From: Candidatus Zixiibacteriota bacterium
GTDB taxonomy: Bacteria > Zixibacteria > MSB-5A5 > DASWLN01
Length of the DNA: 64,000 bases
Reading direction: 5' to 3'
Assembly: GCA_036396115.1 (NCBI GenBank)
Contig: DASWLN010000168.1
Span: 3,362-67,361 of the forward strand
Below the pieces are notes generated by a model. It was given only the letters and a program-made list of their open reading frames with translations. It was not told the DNA's origin and made no database searches. This document shows positions 10,296-20,003 of this stretch, piece after piece. How positions within the stretch are numbered: the stretch's first letter is position 1; the number at the start of each line of letters is the position of its first letter. Made by a program: the position numbers and the translations under genes.

Positions 10296-10330
10296 TGGGA
10301 GGGGTTGTCTTATCCTCCCTTTTGTTTTTC
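10296..10330 (+). terminator. candidate intrinsic terminator (GGGAGGGG-loop-CCTCCC followed by a T-tract)
   Basis: Hairpin plus TTTTGTTTTT seen in the sequence, ~220 nt downstream of the bactofilin gene. Confidence 0.35.
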
Positions 10331-10365
10331 AGGTGAAATCAAAACCCAGTAATAATAGGTGAATC

Positions 10366-11223
10366 GTGAGCCTGTTGGGTGCGCATATGTCAATCTCAGG
10401 TGGGGTTTTCAATTCTTTATTGGAAGGTGAACAAGTAGGGTGCAATACCGTTCAGATATTCACTAAAAGTAGCAATCAGTGGCAAGCTAAGACATTGAGC
10501 GCGAATGAGATAGATAGATTTTATAAAGAGCAAGAAAGAACTAAAATAAACCCAGTTGTCGCGCATAATTCATATCTTATAAACTTAGGGTCTCCGGACA
10601 GAGGTCTATTAGAAAAATCAAGAGAATCGATGCTAATCGAATTGGGACGTTGTGGGAGATTGTCCATCCCCTATCTGGTGATACATCCTGGCTCGCACCT
10701 GGGAGATGGTGAGAAAAAAGGAATAAAAAGGATCGCTGATTCAATCAATTGGTTGTTGGGTAAGACTGCAAAAGATGAAGTGAAGATCGGATTAGAGACA
10801 ACTGCCGGCCAGGGCTCTAATATAGGTTATCGCTTTGAGCAATTAGCTGAGATAATGGGCTTAATCGAAGACAAAAAAAGAGTGGGAATCTGTTATGATA
10901 CTTGCCATACCTTTGCGGCTGGATATGATATAAGGAACAAGGAAAGTTATGAAAAAACTTGGAAAGAGTTTGATAGAATTCTGGGGACGAAAAATCTCTT
11001 GGCTATTCATATGAATGATTCCAAAAAAGGGTTGGGTTCAAAAATAGATAGGCATGAACATATTGGCAAAGGGGAGATCGGCTTGGCAGGTTTTAAACTT
11101 ATTATGAATGACCAAAGATGGGAGAACGTCCCCAAAATTTTGGAGACGCCCAAAAAAGAGGATAAACTCAAATTAGATAAGATGAATCTGGCAACTTTGA
11201 GAAGGTTGATAGTTAAGAAATAG
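10366..11223 (+). CDS. nfo: deoxyribonuclease IV (endonuclease IV, AP endonuclease)
   Basis: LLGAHMSISGG N-terminus, a TIM-barrel Nfo metal-binding pattern (HPGSHLG, ETTAGQGS, DTCHTFAAGYD, HMNDSK) and a C-terminus KILETPK. Confidence 0.9.
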   Translation: MSLLGAHMSISGGVFNSLLEGEQVGCNTVQIFTKSSNQWQAKTLSANEIDRFYKEQERTKINPVVAHNSYLINLGSPDRGLLEKSRESMLIELGRCGRLSIPYLVIHPGSHLGDGEKKGIKRIADSINWLLGKTAKDEVKIGLETTAGQGSNIGYRFEQLAEIMGLIEDKKRVGICYDTCHTFAAGYDIRNKESYEKTWKEFDRILGTKNLLAIHMNDSKKGLGSKIDRHEHIGKGEIGLAGFKLIMNDQRWENVPKILETPKKEDKLKLDKMNLATLRRLIVKK

Positions 11224-11404
11224 TTTTGGAGTGCATCCCGCCGATGGTGGGATGCATGCATTGACACGGTCAATGCACTCCATAAATATTAGCGCGTAGG
11301 GCCGAAGTAAATCTATCGCCCGAAGAGTAGGAGACTATTGAAAAAGAATGTTTTGACGGGGCTGACCCAAAAGGATCTTTTGATTCATTTAAACGTCTCT
11401 CGGC

Positions 11405-11510
11405 TGTCATTGCGAGGAGTCCCGATATCCATCGTGACGACGTGGCAATGCTGAATTAAGTTCAGGATCGCCACGCTCCCCCCGACAAGTCGGGGTCGCT
11501 CGCGATGACA
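11405..11510. repeat. MITE-like element with TGTCATTGCGAG / CTCGC(A/G)ATGACA terminal inverted repeats
   Basis: One of at least 9 copies in the window. ~80-105 bp, GC-rich, internally palindromic. Confidence 0.75.
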
Positions 11511-11577
11511 ATGGACTTATGGGTCAACCCCACTACCCTATAAAAAATCTAATACTTAAGAACAGAAGGGATAAAAT

Positions 11578-13470
11578 ATGAAGAGAATTTGGTTTTTGCT
11601 TATCTTGGTTTTGTTTTTCTGGTGGAGAGGCTCTTATTCTATGGTTCTTTTGGATATAAAGGTGGAAGAGGGTAAGAAGGGGAAGGTGGAGAGTTTCAGC
11701 TTGATTGACCAGGGCACAGTCGAACTCTATGATTCACTTGAAACCTCAGCATTCTTGGGTAACTTCACCCTCTCAGCCCAGGCCGCAACTTTCGACAGCG
11801 TTAACTTGACGTTAGATCTGTCCCTTTTCACTTTGGGTCCAGATATTCAGAGTTACTTCAAAGAATATTTGCTCAAAACTGGAGAAGAAACTGTGCTGCC
11901 AGAGCTTAGGGTAAAGGATGATATCCTCTTCAGGGTAAAGATCACTCCTCATATAAAGGCTGAAGAGACAAATAGATGCAATTTGAATACCAAAGATGCG
12001 GAGACCTGGTATTCCGACCCCAGCACGCATTTCTATTATCACTACATTCTCGAAACTCTGCCGGACTACCACTGGAACACAAACAAAGGGGTGTTAGAGG
12101 ATTTTTATCATAGGATTTGGGATAGGTTCGGTTTTTGGGATCCTGACAAGATCGATTATTTTTTAGTCCCCTGCGAGCTTAAGGAGATATACTGGGATAA
12201 AAGGTATGGTCAGGGGCTCGATCCCACCAAAAGGAAAATCTACGTGATATATAATCAGAGCACGCGCAGCGTGGATGGGCCGGGAGTGGGGATGTTCTTG
12301 TTCTATAGATACTGGGGGTATGCGCCAGCTATGGTGGTGGAGGGAGCTACGGGAAATATCGGGCTGGCTCATTATCAAGCCCAAAAACTAAAAAAAAGAG
12401 GTATGCTTTTTAGCTTGAAAGAACTGGAAATCAGTAAAGATTACAAGTCCAAACCCAAGGAAATCGCTTTCTATCAAGCCAGCTCTTTTATAAAATATTT
12501 AGTTGATACTTACGGTTTGGGGAGGTTTAAGAAATTTTACGAAGAGGTTACGGATTTGACTTTTGAACAAGCCCTATTTAAGGTTTATGGGAAAAAGTTG
12601 CCTCAACTGGAAAAGGAATGGTTAGCATACCTTGATACTTTCAAAGAGTATGAGGCGAATTTGGTTTACTTCGTCACGCTTAAAACGCAATACCGACACT
12701 ACGCAGAGGCAATTGACCTTTTAAATGACCTCTTGGAGATGTCAGAAAACAAGGCTGGTTATTTGAGCGACCTGGCTGGCATCCATTATACCTTAGGAGA
12801 TTACGAGAAAGCAAAAGAGTACTACTTGAAGTTGTTGGATTTGAAGCCGGAAAACCCGCTTTTCATCTGTCTTTTGGGGAACACTTATAATCTTTTGGGA
12901 GATTATGGCCAGGCGGAAAGCTTGTATGTGAAAGCAATCGGGCTGGATACTAGTTACATAACCCCGCTTTTGAAGTTAGGCGAACTATATCTGGCAGAAG
13001 GGGAATACCAGAAGGGAAAGGAGCTTTTCGACAAGGGATTATCCAAGGGACCGGGCACAGAGGAAGCGGCTTTGCTTTTCTTAGGGTCAGCAGAGTGTAA
13101 GAAGAATTTGGGCCAGCCGGAAGAGGCACAGGAAGATTTGGAAAAAGGGCTTTACCAGTGCCAGGTTATGCTGAATAGTTTTCCTGAAAGGCCAGCTCCT
13201 TATTATTACAGTGGCAAGGTTTATCTGGCTATGGGATTTCCTGATACCGCAGCATATTACTTGGAAACAGCGGCCACACTGGAGGATATTCCTTATAGAC
13301 GGGGTAAAATTCTTTTGGACTTGGCTGGGGCTTACTCTGCAGTTGGGGATTTGGAATTAGCACAGAAGGCTTACCAGGAGATATTAGACATAAACTGTGG
13401 AGCAAGGGAAAAAGAGCAGGCGGAGAAGCTCTTGGCTCAACCCAAAGAAAGAAAGGAGGGTAGTAAATGA
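11578..13470 (+). CDS. secreted TPR-repeat protein (unknown N-domain plus C-terminal TPRs)
   Basis: Signal-peptide-like N-terminus and multiple TPR-like repeats (YTLGDYEKAKEYYLKLLDLKPEN...). Confidence 0.65.
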   Translation: MKRIWFLLILVLFFWWRGSYSMVLLDIKVEEGKKGKVESFSLIDQGTVELYDSLETSAFLGNFTLSAQAATFDSVNLTLDLSLFTLGPDIQSYFKEYLLKTGEETVLPELRVKDDILFRVKITPHIKAEETNRCNLNTKDAETWYSDPSTHFYYHYILETLPDYHWNTNKGVLEDFYHRIWDRFGFWDPDKIDYFLVPCELKEIYWDKRYGQGLDPTKRKIYVIYNQSTRSVDGPGVGMFLFYRYWGYAPAMVVEGATGNIGLAHYQAQKLKKRGMLFSLKELEISKDYKSKPKEIAFYQASSFIKYLVDTYGLGRFKKFYEEVTDLTFEQALFKVYGKKLPQLEKEWLAYLDTFKEYEANLVYFVTLKTQYRHYAEAIDLLNDLLEMSENKAGYLSDLAGIHYTLGDYEKAKEYYLKLLDLKPENPLFICLLGNTYNLLGDYGQAESLYVKAIGLDTSYITPLLKLGELYLAEGEYQKGKELFDKGLSKGPGTEEAALLFLGSAECKKNLGQPEEAQEDLEKGLYQCQVMLNSFPERPAPYYYSGKVYLAMGFPDTAAYYLETAATLEDIPYRRGKILLDLAGAYSAVGDLELAQKAYQEILDINCGAREKEQAEKLLAQPKERKEGSK

Positions 13471-14054
13471 GGGTGTTAGCAATTAGTGGTAGTCCGGTGA
13501 ACGGCGGGAACGTGGAGGTATTGTTGGAAGAGATAAGCATGGGAGCAGAAAGCAGGGGAGCGAAATTCAGCTTAATTCACTTAAATGATTTAGAGATTCT
13601 ACCCTGTCAGGCTTGTGGCAAAAGCCTGGAACCAAACTTTTGCTTCTATGCGGATGGGATGGGATTAGTTTATGAAAAGTTATTGGCTTGCGATATTTTA
13701 GTCTTGGGCTCGCCCATCTATTTTGATTCTCTTTCTGCCCAGACTAAGCTTTTCATCGACCGCTGCAACTGTATAAGACCGATAGTTGAAACCCCTAAAG
13801 GAGATTTCATTTTCAAAAATAGATTCAAGAAACAAAGAAAGGGAGTAGCAGTTCTGGTGGGTGGAAAAAGGGGAAGGTTCGAAGGGGCTTTGACTGTCTT
13901 GAGAGGTTTTTTCAAGTGGGGGAATTTCAAGTTGGTGGATAGTCTGATTTATAAACATGATGATTGGGAGGTGGGAGGGGTAAAAAACAATAAAGAAGTG
14001 ATGAAGAGGGCTTTTGAGTTGGGGGAGGGGTTGGCACAAGGCAAGGCAAAGTAA
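13467..14054 (+). CDS. NADPH-dependent FMN reductase / iron-sulfur flavoprotein family protein
   Basis: MRVLAISGSP..GN flavodoxin-like N-terminus. CQACGK plus additional Cys residues. Overlaps the upstream gene by 4 nt. Confidence 0.65.
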   Translation: MRVLAISGSPVNGGNVEVLLEEISMGAESRGAKFSLIHLNDLEILPCQACGKSLEPNFCFYADGMGLVYEKLLACDILVLGSPIYFDSLSAQTKLFIDRCNCIRPIVETPKGDFIFKNRFKKQRKGVAVLVGGKRGRFEGALTVLRGFFKWGNFKLVDSLIYKHDDWEVGGVKNNKEVMKRAFELGEGLAQGKAK

Positions 14055-14079
14055 AAGATTTTAATTTTTCTATGTTTAA

Positions 14080-14400
14080 CTGTCAGGAGTAGCTCCTGAC
14101 AGAACAATAAAACCTATAACATTTATTGAAGGCGACATTCGCGAATGTCGCCTTCAAATATGTAGGGGCGTATTGCAATACGCCCCTATGCGCTCTACAT
14201 TTCTTGTTCGCATTTTGTTCATGCGGGAATTGGATTTCCCGCATGGCTTCAGGAAATAATCTCCCCTAACCCCTCTTTTTCAAAGAGGGGAACAGAATAA
14301 TCCCTCCCCCTTTAGCAAAGGGGGACTAATGGTTCGACATGCTCACCATCCTGAGCGAAGTCGAAGGAGGGGGATTTGAAAAAGACAAACACTTGCGTGC
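14080..14400. repeat. intergenic cluster of GC-rich palindromic repeats (several families)
   Basis: TGTCAGGAGTAGCTCCTGACAG, GTAGGGGCGTATTGCAATACGCCCCTA, CCCCTCTTTTTCAAAGAGGGG and GGTTCGACATGCTCACCATCCTGAGCGAAGTCGAAGGA all recur elsewhere (36290, 24960, 28430/21790, 21730/34880). Confidence 0.7.
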
Positions 14401-14470
14401 AGTAAAAAGATATTAACCTATTGGTCTAATTCCCGTATGAATGATAAGTCTAAGCGGGCTTCATAAACCG

Positions 14471-15268
14471 CTACATTTTTTGTTCGCACTTTTTCTTTAA
14501 ATTCTTTACCAATTCCAAATTATTTTTTTGCCTTTCCCTTAGTTTTTCATCCAAGGGATAGCTTAATATCTTTTCACACTCTTTTTGGCATTCCTCCATT
14601 TTTCCTAAATTGTAGAGGGCATTTGCCATTTTTGTCCTGCACTCGATTAGATTATAGTAATTTTTTGGCTGGCTTTTTTCTATTTTCACAAGAAGTTGGG
14701 AGTAGGAGGCATAAGCCCCTTCCCAATCACCACTTTGATATTGGGCGGAAGCCAAAGGCCATAAGAAAAGCTTCCCTTGAGGATACTTCTCACACATATC
14801 CTTGGAATGCATTACGGCTAAAGGATACCAGCCTTCATTGATATAGACCCAAATCAAAGCATTAGTTGCCGCTTCTTTGGAAAAGATGCTTTTTGTGGCG
14901 GCAATTTTCAAAAACTCTATCCCCTCTTTTCTTTTATCCCCCAAAAATGGAAGCCACTGAAAATTCTTGGTGACGATGCTACTCCAATAATAGTAGCTAC
15001 CCAAGCCCAAATAGGCGTCAGATAGCGTAGAATCCAAATCTATCGCTTTCTTCAAATTAGATTTAGCCCTTAAGCCATCTTTCAAGGCAGACCACAACTT
15101 GCCCCTTTTCCCCTCATAAACTGCTAAGTATCCATACGAGTTTCCTAAGAAAAGAGGGGCCCAGGCATCTTTTGGGTTGGCTTTGATTTTCTCTTTGCTA
15201 AGGTCAATACTCTTTTGGATATTTTGATGAAACCTCTTTTCCTCAAAATAATCTTCTTCATCCATCAT
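14471..15268 (-). CDS. hypothetical TPR-like protein (tandem paralog of 15474..16490)
   Basis: Shares WLPFLGDKRKEGIEFLK / WWLPFFGDKRKLGIEQTK and overall helical-repeat character with the neighbouring gene. Confidence 0.5.
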   Translation of the reverse strand: MMDEEDYFEEKRFHQNIQKSIDLSKEKIKANPKDAWAPLFLGNSYGYLAVYEGKRGKLWSALKDGLRAKSNLKKAIDLDSTLSDAYLGLGSYYYWSSIVTKNFQWLPFLGDKRKEGIEFLKIAATKSIFSKEAATNALIWVYINEGWYPLAVMHSKDMCEKYPQGKLFLWPLASAQYQSGDWEGAYASYSQLLVKIEKSQPKNYYNLIECRTKMANALYNLGKMEECQKECEKILSYPLDEKLRERQKNNLELVKNLKKKCEQKM

Positions 15269-15473
15269 CTTAACCTGCAGAACTGCAGCTAAGAAGAAAT
15301 ACCCTTCCGGCTCTTGAGAATAATCTTTTATAATTTGGCTAAAGCAACTTTCCGCTTGAAGAAAATTGTCACCAAGCGTGGCATCAATTCCCTGTAAAAT
15401 GGATTCCCTGGAGACTTGGGCAAAAGAGTAATTGATACCCAGAAGGAAAATTAAACAAAAAAGAAAGAAGGTC

Positions 15474-16490
15474 TTAAGGTTGATTATGCTGCTGAATGTT
15501 TTTCTTAATATCTTGGGCTTTTTGAATGAACTCTTTGATATGGTCGTCGGATTTCCCTTGGGTTTGATATTTCAAAATCTGGTCAATCTGCTCTAAGCAG
15601 TTAGCTTTGTCCCCCATTACCTGATAAAGATAGGCAATCCAATATTTTGTTTCCACCATACCACGAGGAGTGGAATACTTGGAAGCCCCAAAGGTCTTAA
15701 GCAAAGCCTGGTAGGTCTCTTGGGCATCTTTATACATCCCCTTTTTGATTTGAGTCTGACCCAAGAACCACAAAAGGAAAGGGTCATCCGGCTTTATCTT
15801 TTTTAAGTCCGGGCCAAGTGCTAATGCAGAATCATACTGTTGATTCTCCACATAGATTCTCAAAAGCCCATATTTCGCTTCATCTCGGGTGAACTTGCCC
15901 TTTTGGATAGCCAATTTGGTCTGCTCAATACCCAACTTTCGCTTATCCCCAAAAAAGGGAAGCCACCACAGCATTTTGGATTTGATGCTACGATAAAAAT
16001 TGTAAGCTCCCAAGCCAAAATAGATATCATAATAGGCGGAATCGGTCTCTACCCCCTTTTCCAAAATCTTTTTGGCTTTGCCCCCATCCCAAAAAGCTCC
16101 CCACCAATCTCCATTAAAAGACCGATAGATGCCGCGGTATCCGTAAGAGCCACCCAGATAAAGCAGGTCCTCGGCCGTGTAATTCCCCCTCTTCATCCTC
16201 TCCTCACCCTTTTGTATAGCTAAATTAATATATTTCTCAAACTCCCCTCGATAGGATTGGTTTCGGTAGTCATCAATGATAGATACAAAAGAAACGGCAA
16301 CATACATATATCCGCCGGCATCATCCGGATTAAGTTGTATAAGTTTCTTGAACTCTGCTATCCCCTCATCGAATTTGTCCTGATGTATATAGTCTATTCC
16401 CGCAAAGATTATGCTGTCCCTGTCCTCGGCATATAGGGTAAAAGGGTAGAGAAATAGAAATAAAAGAATGGCTAATATTTTTGATTTCAT
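15474..16490 (-). CDS. hypothetical secreted TPR-like protein (tandem paralog)
   Basis: Signal peptide MKSKILAILLFLFLYPFTLYA. Paralog of 14471..15268. Confidence 0.5.
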   Translation of the reverse strand: MKSKILAILLFLFLYPFTLYAEDRDSIIFAGIDYIHQDKFDEGIAEFKKLIQLNPDDAGGYMYVAVSFVSIIDDYRNQSYRGEFEKYINLAIQKGEERMKRGNYTAEDLLYLGGSYGYRGIYRSFNGDWWGAFWDGGKAKKILEKGVETDSAYYDIYFGLGAYNFYRSIKSKMLWWLPFFGDKRKLGIEQTKLAIQKGKFTRDEAKYGLLRIYVENQQYDSALALGPDLKKIKPDDPFLLWFLGQTQIKKGMYKDAQETYQALLKTFGASKYSTPRGMVETKYWIAYLYQVMGDKANCLEQIDQILKYQTQGKSDDHIKEFIQKAQDIKKNIQQHNQP

Positions 16491-16494
16491 ATCT

Positions 16495-17472
16495 TTAACC
16501 AGTAAATTTTCGTCTCAAGCTTTCCCCTGTTTTCTCCAAAGGATGAGAAGAGACCTGTTTTTTTATTTTTACGTAATTTTTCATTCCAGCTTTATATTCC
16601 CTAATCCATTTTCTGGCGAAAGCCCCATTTTTTATTTCGGCTAAAACCTTTCTCATATTTTGTTTAACTTTATCATCTATTACCCTTTTCCCTGACAAAT
16701 AGGAGCCGTATTCTGCGGTCTTGCTTATGCGATTATACATTCCACTGATACCATAAGATTTAATCAAATTCACAATAAAATCCAATTGATGAACACATTC
16801 AAGATAGGCATTTCCCTCGGGTAGTCCAGCCTGGACCAAGACCTCAAATCCTTTCTTCAAAAGTTCAGTTAATCCTCCACAAAGAACGGCTTGCTCACCA
16901 AATATATCCCCAATGGCTTCATCTCTGAAAGTTGTCCATAAGACGCCTGCTTTGGTTAAGCCAATTCCTTTGGCATAAGCCAAAACAAGCTTTTTGGCTT
17001 GTCCGGTGTAATCCTGATAAACCCCGACAAAACCTGTCACCCCTGTTTTGTTTTTATAATTTTCCCTTAAGATTTTTCCAGGGGAATGGGGGGCGACCAA
17101 TATTACATCTACATTTTTGGGAGGATGAATAAGTTTGAAGTGAATGCTAAATCCGTGGGCAAATAATAGAGTTTTGCCGAGGGGCAGGTATTTTTGTATT
17201 TTCGAAAAAACTTCTGGATGAGTATGGTCGGGAATTAAAAAAGAGATGATGTCACTTTCTTGAACCGCCTTTTCAATAGACAAAACTTCAAAACCATCTT
17301 TTTGGGCTAATTTGTTGTTTTTGCTTTTTGCCCTTAAGCCGATAATTACTTTACATCCACTATCCTTCAAATTGGCTGCCTGTGCCCTTCCCTGACTCCC
17401 ATAGCCCAAGATGCCAATGGTTTTATCTTTCAGATATTTTAAATTTGCGTTTTTGTCTTTGTAGATTTTCAA
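16495..17472 (-). CDS. ilvC: ketol-acid reductoisomerase
   Basis: N-terminal Rossmann GYGSQGRAQAANLKDSG and full-length class I KARI similarity. Confidence 0.9.
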   Translation of the reverse strand: MKIYKDKNANLKYLKDKTIGILGYGSQGRAQAANLKDSGCKVIIGLRAKSKNNKLAQKDGFEVLSIEKAVQESDIISFLIPDHTHPEVFSKIQKYLPLGKTLLFAHGFSIHFKLIHPPKNVDVILVAPHSPGKILRENYKNKTGVTGFVGVYQDYTGQAKKLVLAYAKGIGLTKAGVLWTTFRDEAIGDIFGEQAVLCGGLTELLKKGFEVLVQAGLPEGNAYLECVHQLDFIVNLIKSYGISGMYNRISKTAEYGSYLSGKRVIDDKVKQNMRKVLAEIKNGAFARKWIREYKAGMKNYVKIKKQVSSHPLEKTGESLRRKFTG

Positions 17473-17546
17473 ATACTTTCTCCATCCAGCTTTCTTCTTA
17501 TCGCTATCACTTAATCCTCTTTTAATCTCACCCGAAGACCGTTTGC

Positions 17547-17580
17547 TGTCATTGCGAGTCCGTAGGACAAAGCAATCTTG
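17547..17580. repeat. partial copy of the TGTCATTGCGAG MITE (one terminus only)
   Basis: TGTCATTGCGAGTCCGTAGGACAAAGCAATC. Other half absent. Confidence 0.5.
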
Positions 17581-17583
17581 ATG

Positions 17584-17871
17584 TTATAAATTGTCATATA
17601 AGTCTTCCCATTCCGGATTCATCTTGGTTATCATTGCGACCTTCTTTGTTCTCGAACCACCTTTAATCTGCTTTTCTCTGGTAATAGCATACTTGATATC
17701 GTTGGAAACCTCATAATATACTAACTTTGTAATATTATACTTCTTTGTGAAACCTTCAATCAACTTCTTTTTATGCTCATAAATCCTTTTTTTGAGATCG
17801 TTAGTTACCCCCGTATAAATTACTCTATTGTTCTGATTTGCTATTATGTAAACATAATATTCTTTTGTCAT
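17584..17871 (-). CDS. GIY-YIG nuclease family protein (UPF0213-like)
   Basis: YYVYIIANQNNRVIYTGVTNDLKKRIYEH = GIY-YIG motif. ~95 aa. Confidence 0.8.
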   Translation of the reverse strand: MTKEYYVYIIANQNNRVIYTGVTNDLKKRIYEHKKKLIEGFTKKYNITKLVYYEVSNDIKYAITREKQIKGGSRTKKVAMITKMNPEWEDLYDNL

Positions 17872-17929
17872 ATTCCATAGAGATTGCTTCGTTGTTGAAG
17901 CCGCCTAAAAACGCCCTGCTTCATCATTA

Positions 17930-18009
17930 TGTCATTGCGAGCGACCGCAGGGAGCGTGGTCCCGCCAACGGCGGGACTTCGTGATCGGTATGGACTCCTC
18001 GCAATGACA
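17930..18009. repeat. TGTCATTGCGAG MITE copy
   Basis: TIRs TGTCATTGCGAGCG...CTCCTCGCAATGACA. Confidence 0.75.
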
Positions 18010-18097
18010 GATTGAGAGGTAGTCGCCTTTAGCTTCGTAGATCAGGTGCCCTAAAGTACCTGACACTCTTCCCTACTTTTTTTAAATCCTCTCTTCA

Positions 18098-19486
18098 CTA
18101 ACCATCATCTTCCCCCTTATCTAATCCTCTTCTCTTCCTTTCCCACCACTCCATCCTCTTTTTAATTTCCTTCTCAAAACCAAACTCAGAAGGGGAATAA
18201 TATTTTCTGTTCTTAAGATTCTCTGGAAGATAGTCTTGATTTACGAAGTGGTCGGGGAAGCTATGGGGATATTTGTAATCTTTTCCATAACCGAGCTTTT
18301 TCATCAAGTCAGTTGGCGCATTTCTTATGTGCAAAGGAACTGGCAGGGCTTGGTGTTTTTGAATGTCCTCCTGCACAAGGCCAAATGCCCTATAAATGGC
18401 ATTGCTTTTGGGTGCAGTTGCTAAATACACAACTGCCTGGGCTAAAGCCAATTCCCCTTCAGGTGTTCCCAAAAAATGGTAAGCCTCTTTTGCCGCAATA
18501 GTTATCTGTAATGCCTGCGGGTCAGCATTGCCGATATCCTCTGAAGCGAAACGGACCAATCTGCGAGCGATATATAAAGGGTCCTCTCCGCCTGCTAACA
18601 TCCTTCCCAGCCAATAGAGCGAAGCATCAACGTCCGAGCCCCTTAAGCTCTTATGCAAAGCGGAGATTATATTGTAATGCTCCTCCCCGGCTTTATCATA
18701 AAGCAAAATCTTTTTCTGCATCACCTCTTGAGCGATTTCTAAAGTTATTTTTCTGGTTTGGTCTTTTTTATCCGGCTTGGTGGTCAGCACCGCAAATTCC
18801 AAAGCAGAAAGTGCCACCCGCGCATCACCATTTGAGGTTTGGACAATATATTCCAAAGCATCTGTGGAGAGTTTCACCTTGAAATTGCCCAACCCCCTTT
18901 GGTTATCTTCTAATGCCCTCTTCGAAATTAGCTCAACCTGCTCTAGTGTTAAAGAATTCAGGGTATAAACCTTACAGCGGGACAAGAGGGGAGAGATGAC
19001 TTCAAATGATGGATTTTCAGTTGTAGCGCCAATCAAGGTGATATTTCCCTTTTCAACATGCGGCAAAAACGCATCCTGTTGGGCTTTATTGAACCTGTGA
19101 ATCTCATCCACAAAGAGGATAGTTTTTTTACCGTAGAAATTCCTTTGTTTTGTGGCTTCATTCATCACGTCTTTTATTTCCTTTATGCCGGAAGTCACTG
19201 CGGAGAAGGGAATGAAATGAGCATCGGCTGTTTTGGCGATAACATGGGCTAAGGTTGTTTTTCCGCTTCCCGGTGGTCCCCAGAGGATAATGGATTGTAT
19301 CTTATCTTCTAAGATCGCCCTTCTTAAGGGAGAGTCTTTGCCCAGGATATGTTCCTGACCAACCAACTCATCCAAATTTTGTGGCCTCATCCTGTCAGCC
19401 AAAGGCCCCTTTGGTATTTTGGCTTTGAGTTTTTCTTCTTCAAAAAGGTCAGATTTTTCCTTATTCATATTGATCAAAATACTCAC
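18098..19486 (-). CDS. rarA: replication-associated recombination protein A (AAA+ ATPase RarA/MgsA)
   Basis: Walker A GPPGSGKTTLAHVIA and Walker B ILFVDEIHRFNKAQQD. MgsA C-terminal domain. Confidence 0.9.
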   Translation of the reverse strand: MSILINMNKEKSDLFEEEKLKAKIPKGPLADRMRPQNLDELVGQEHILGKDSPLRRAILEDKIQSIILWGPPGSGKTTLAHVIAKTADAHFIPFSAVTSGIKEIKDVMNEATKQRNFYGKKTILFVDEIHRFNKAQQDAFLPHVEKGNITLIGATTENPSFEVISPLLSRCKVYTLNSLTLEQVELISKRALEDNQRGLGNFKVKLSTDALEYIVQTSNGDARVALSALEFAVLTTKPDKKDQTRKITLEIAQEVMQKKILLYDKAGEEHYNIISALHKSLRGSDVDASLYWLGRMLAGGEDPLYIARRLVRFASEDIGNADPQALQITIAAKEAYHFLGTPEGELALAQAVVYLATAPKSNAIYRAFGLVQEDIQKHQALPVPLHIRNAPTDLMKKLGYGKDYKYPHSFPDHFVNQDYLPENLKNRKYYSPSEFGFEKEIKKRMEWWERKRRGLDKGEDDG

Positions 19487-19529
19487 TTTGGAGAGTATTT
19501 ACAAGATAAAAATTCAACCTACTACCATA

Positions 19530-19700
19530 ACCAACACCCTAGGGTTTCTGTAGGGGTTCGCCTGCCCGGCCAGGGATTTGCACAGCATCTTGACGACATC
19601 GAGTCCACCGGTCGCACCAGAGAACCTAGCCCCCTGTTGTCCCCCTTATCAGGGGGATTGTGTCGCACCCTAAAGGACATACTCTTGTCATTCTGACTCC
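19530..19700. repeat. intergenic repeat block (GGATTTGCACAGCATCTTGACGACATC family plus CCCCTTATCAGGGG hairpins)
   Basis: Near-identical segments at 36190-36300 and 37425-37460. Confidence 0.6.
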
Positions 19701-19870
19701 GCCTTGGCGGGGGAAGAATCTAATGGTTTCGATAAGTTAGAAAATCGAGATTCTTCGCCCCGATAAATCGGGACTCAGAATGACATTATGACATGGCTTC
19801 AGGGGCACAGGAAGCGTTCCTCCCCTGATAAGGGGAGGTTAGGAGGGGTTTATGCGACCCAAAGAGCCTT

Positions 19871-19950
19871 TGTCATTGCGAGCGCTAGCGAAGCAATCTG
19901 AAGTAATCTCGGGATTGCTTCGTCGTCCATATGGACTCCTCGCAATGACA
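19871..19950. repeat. TGTCATTGCGAG MITE copy
   Basis: TIRs TGTCATTGCGAGCGCTAGCGAAGCAATC...GGACTCCTCGCAATGACA. Confidence 0.75.
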
Positions 19951-20003
19951 GATTGTTAAGCCAGCAATTCAATTGCCGATAATTTTTGTAAAGGGAGGTA
20001 AAT

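Noticed and set aside
10074-10365. Replication origin (oriC) in the bactofilin-nfo spacer
   Set aside because: Only one consensus DnaA box plus one or two weak variants. No DUE-like 13-mers or box cluster. dnaA is not adjacent. A single 9-mer match is expected by chance about 0.5 times in 64 kb.
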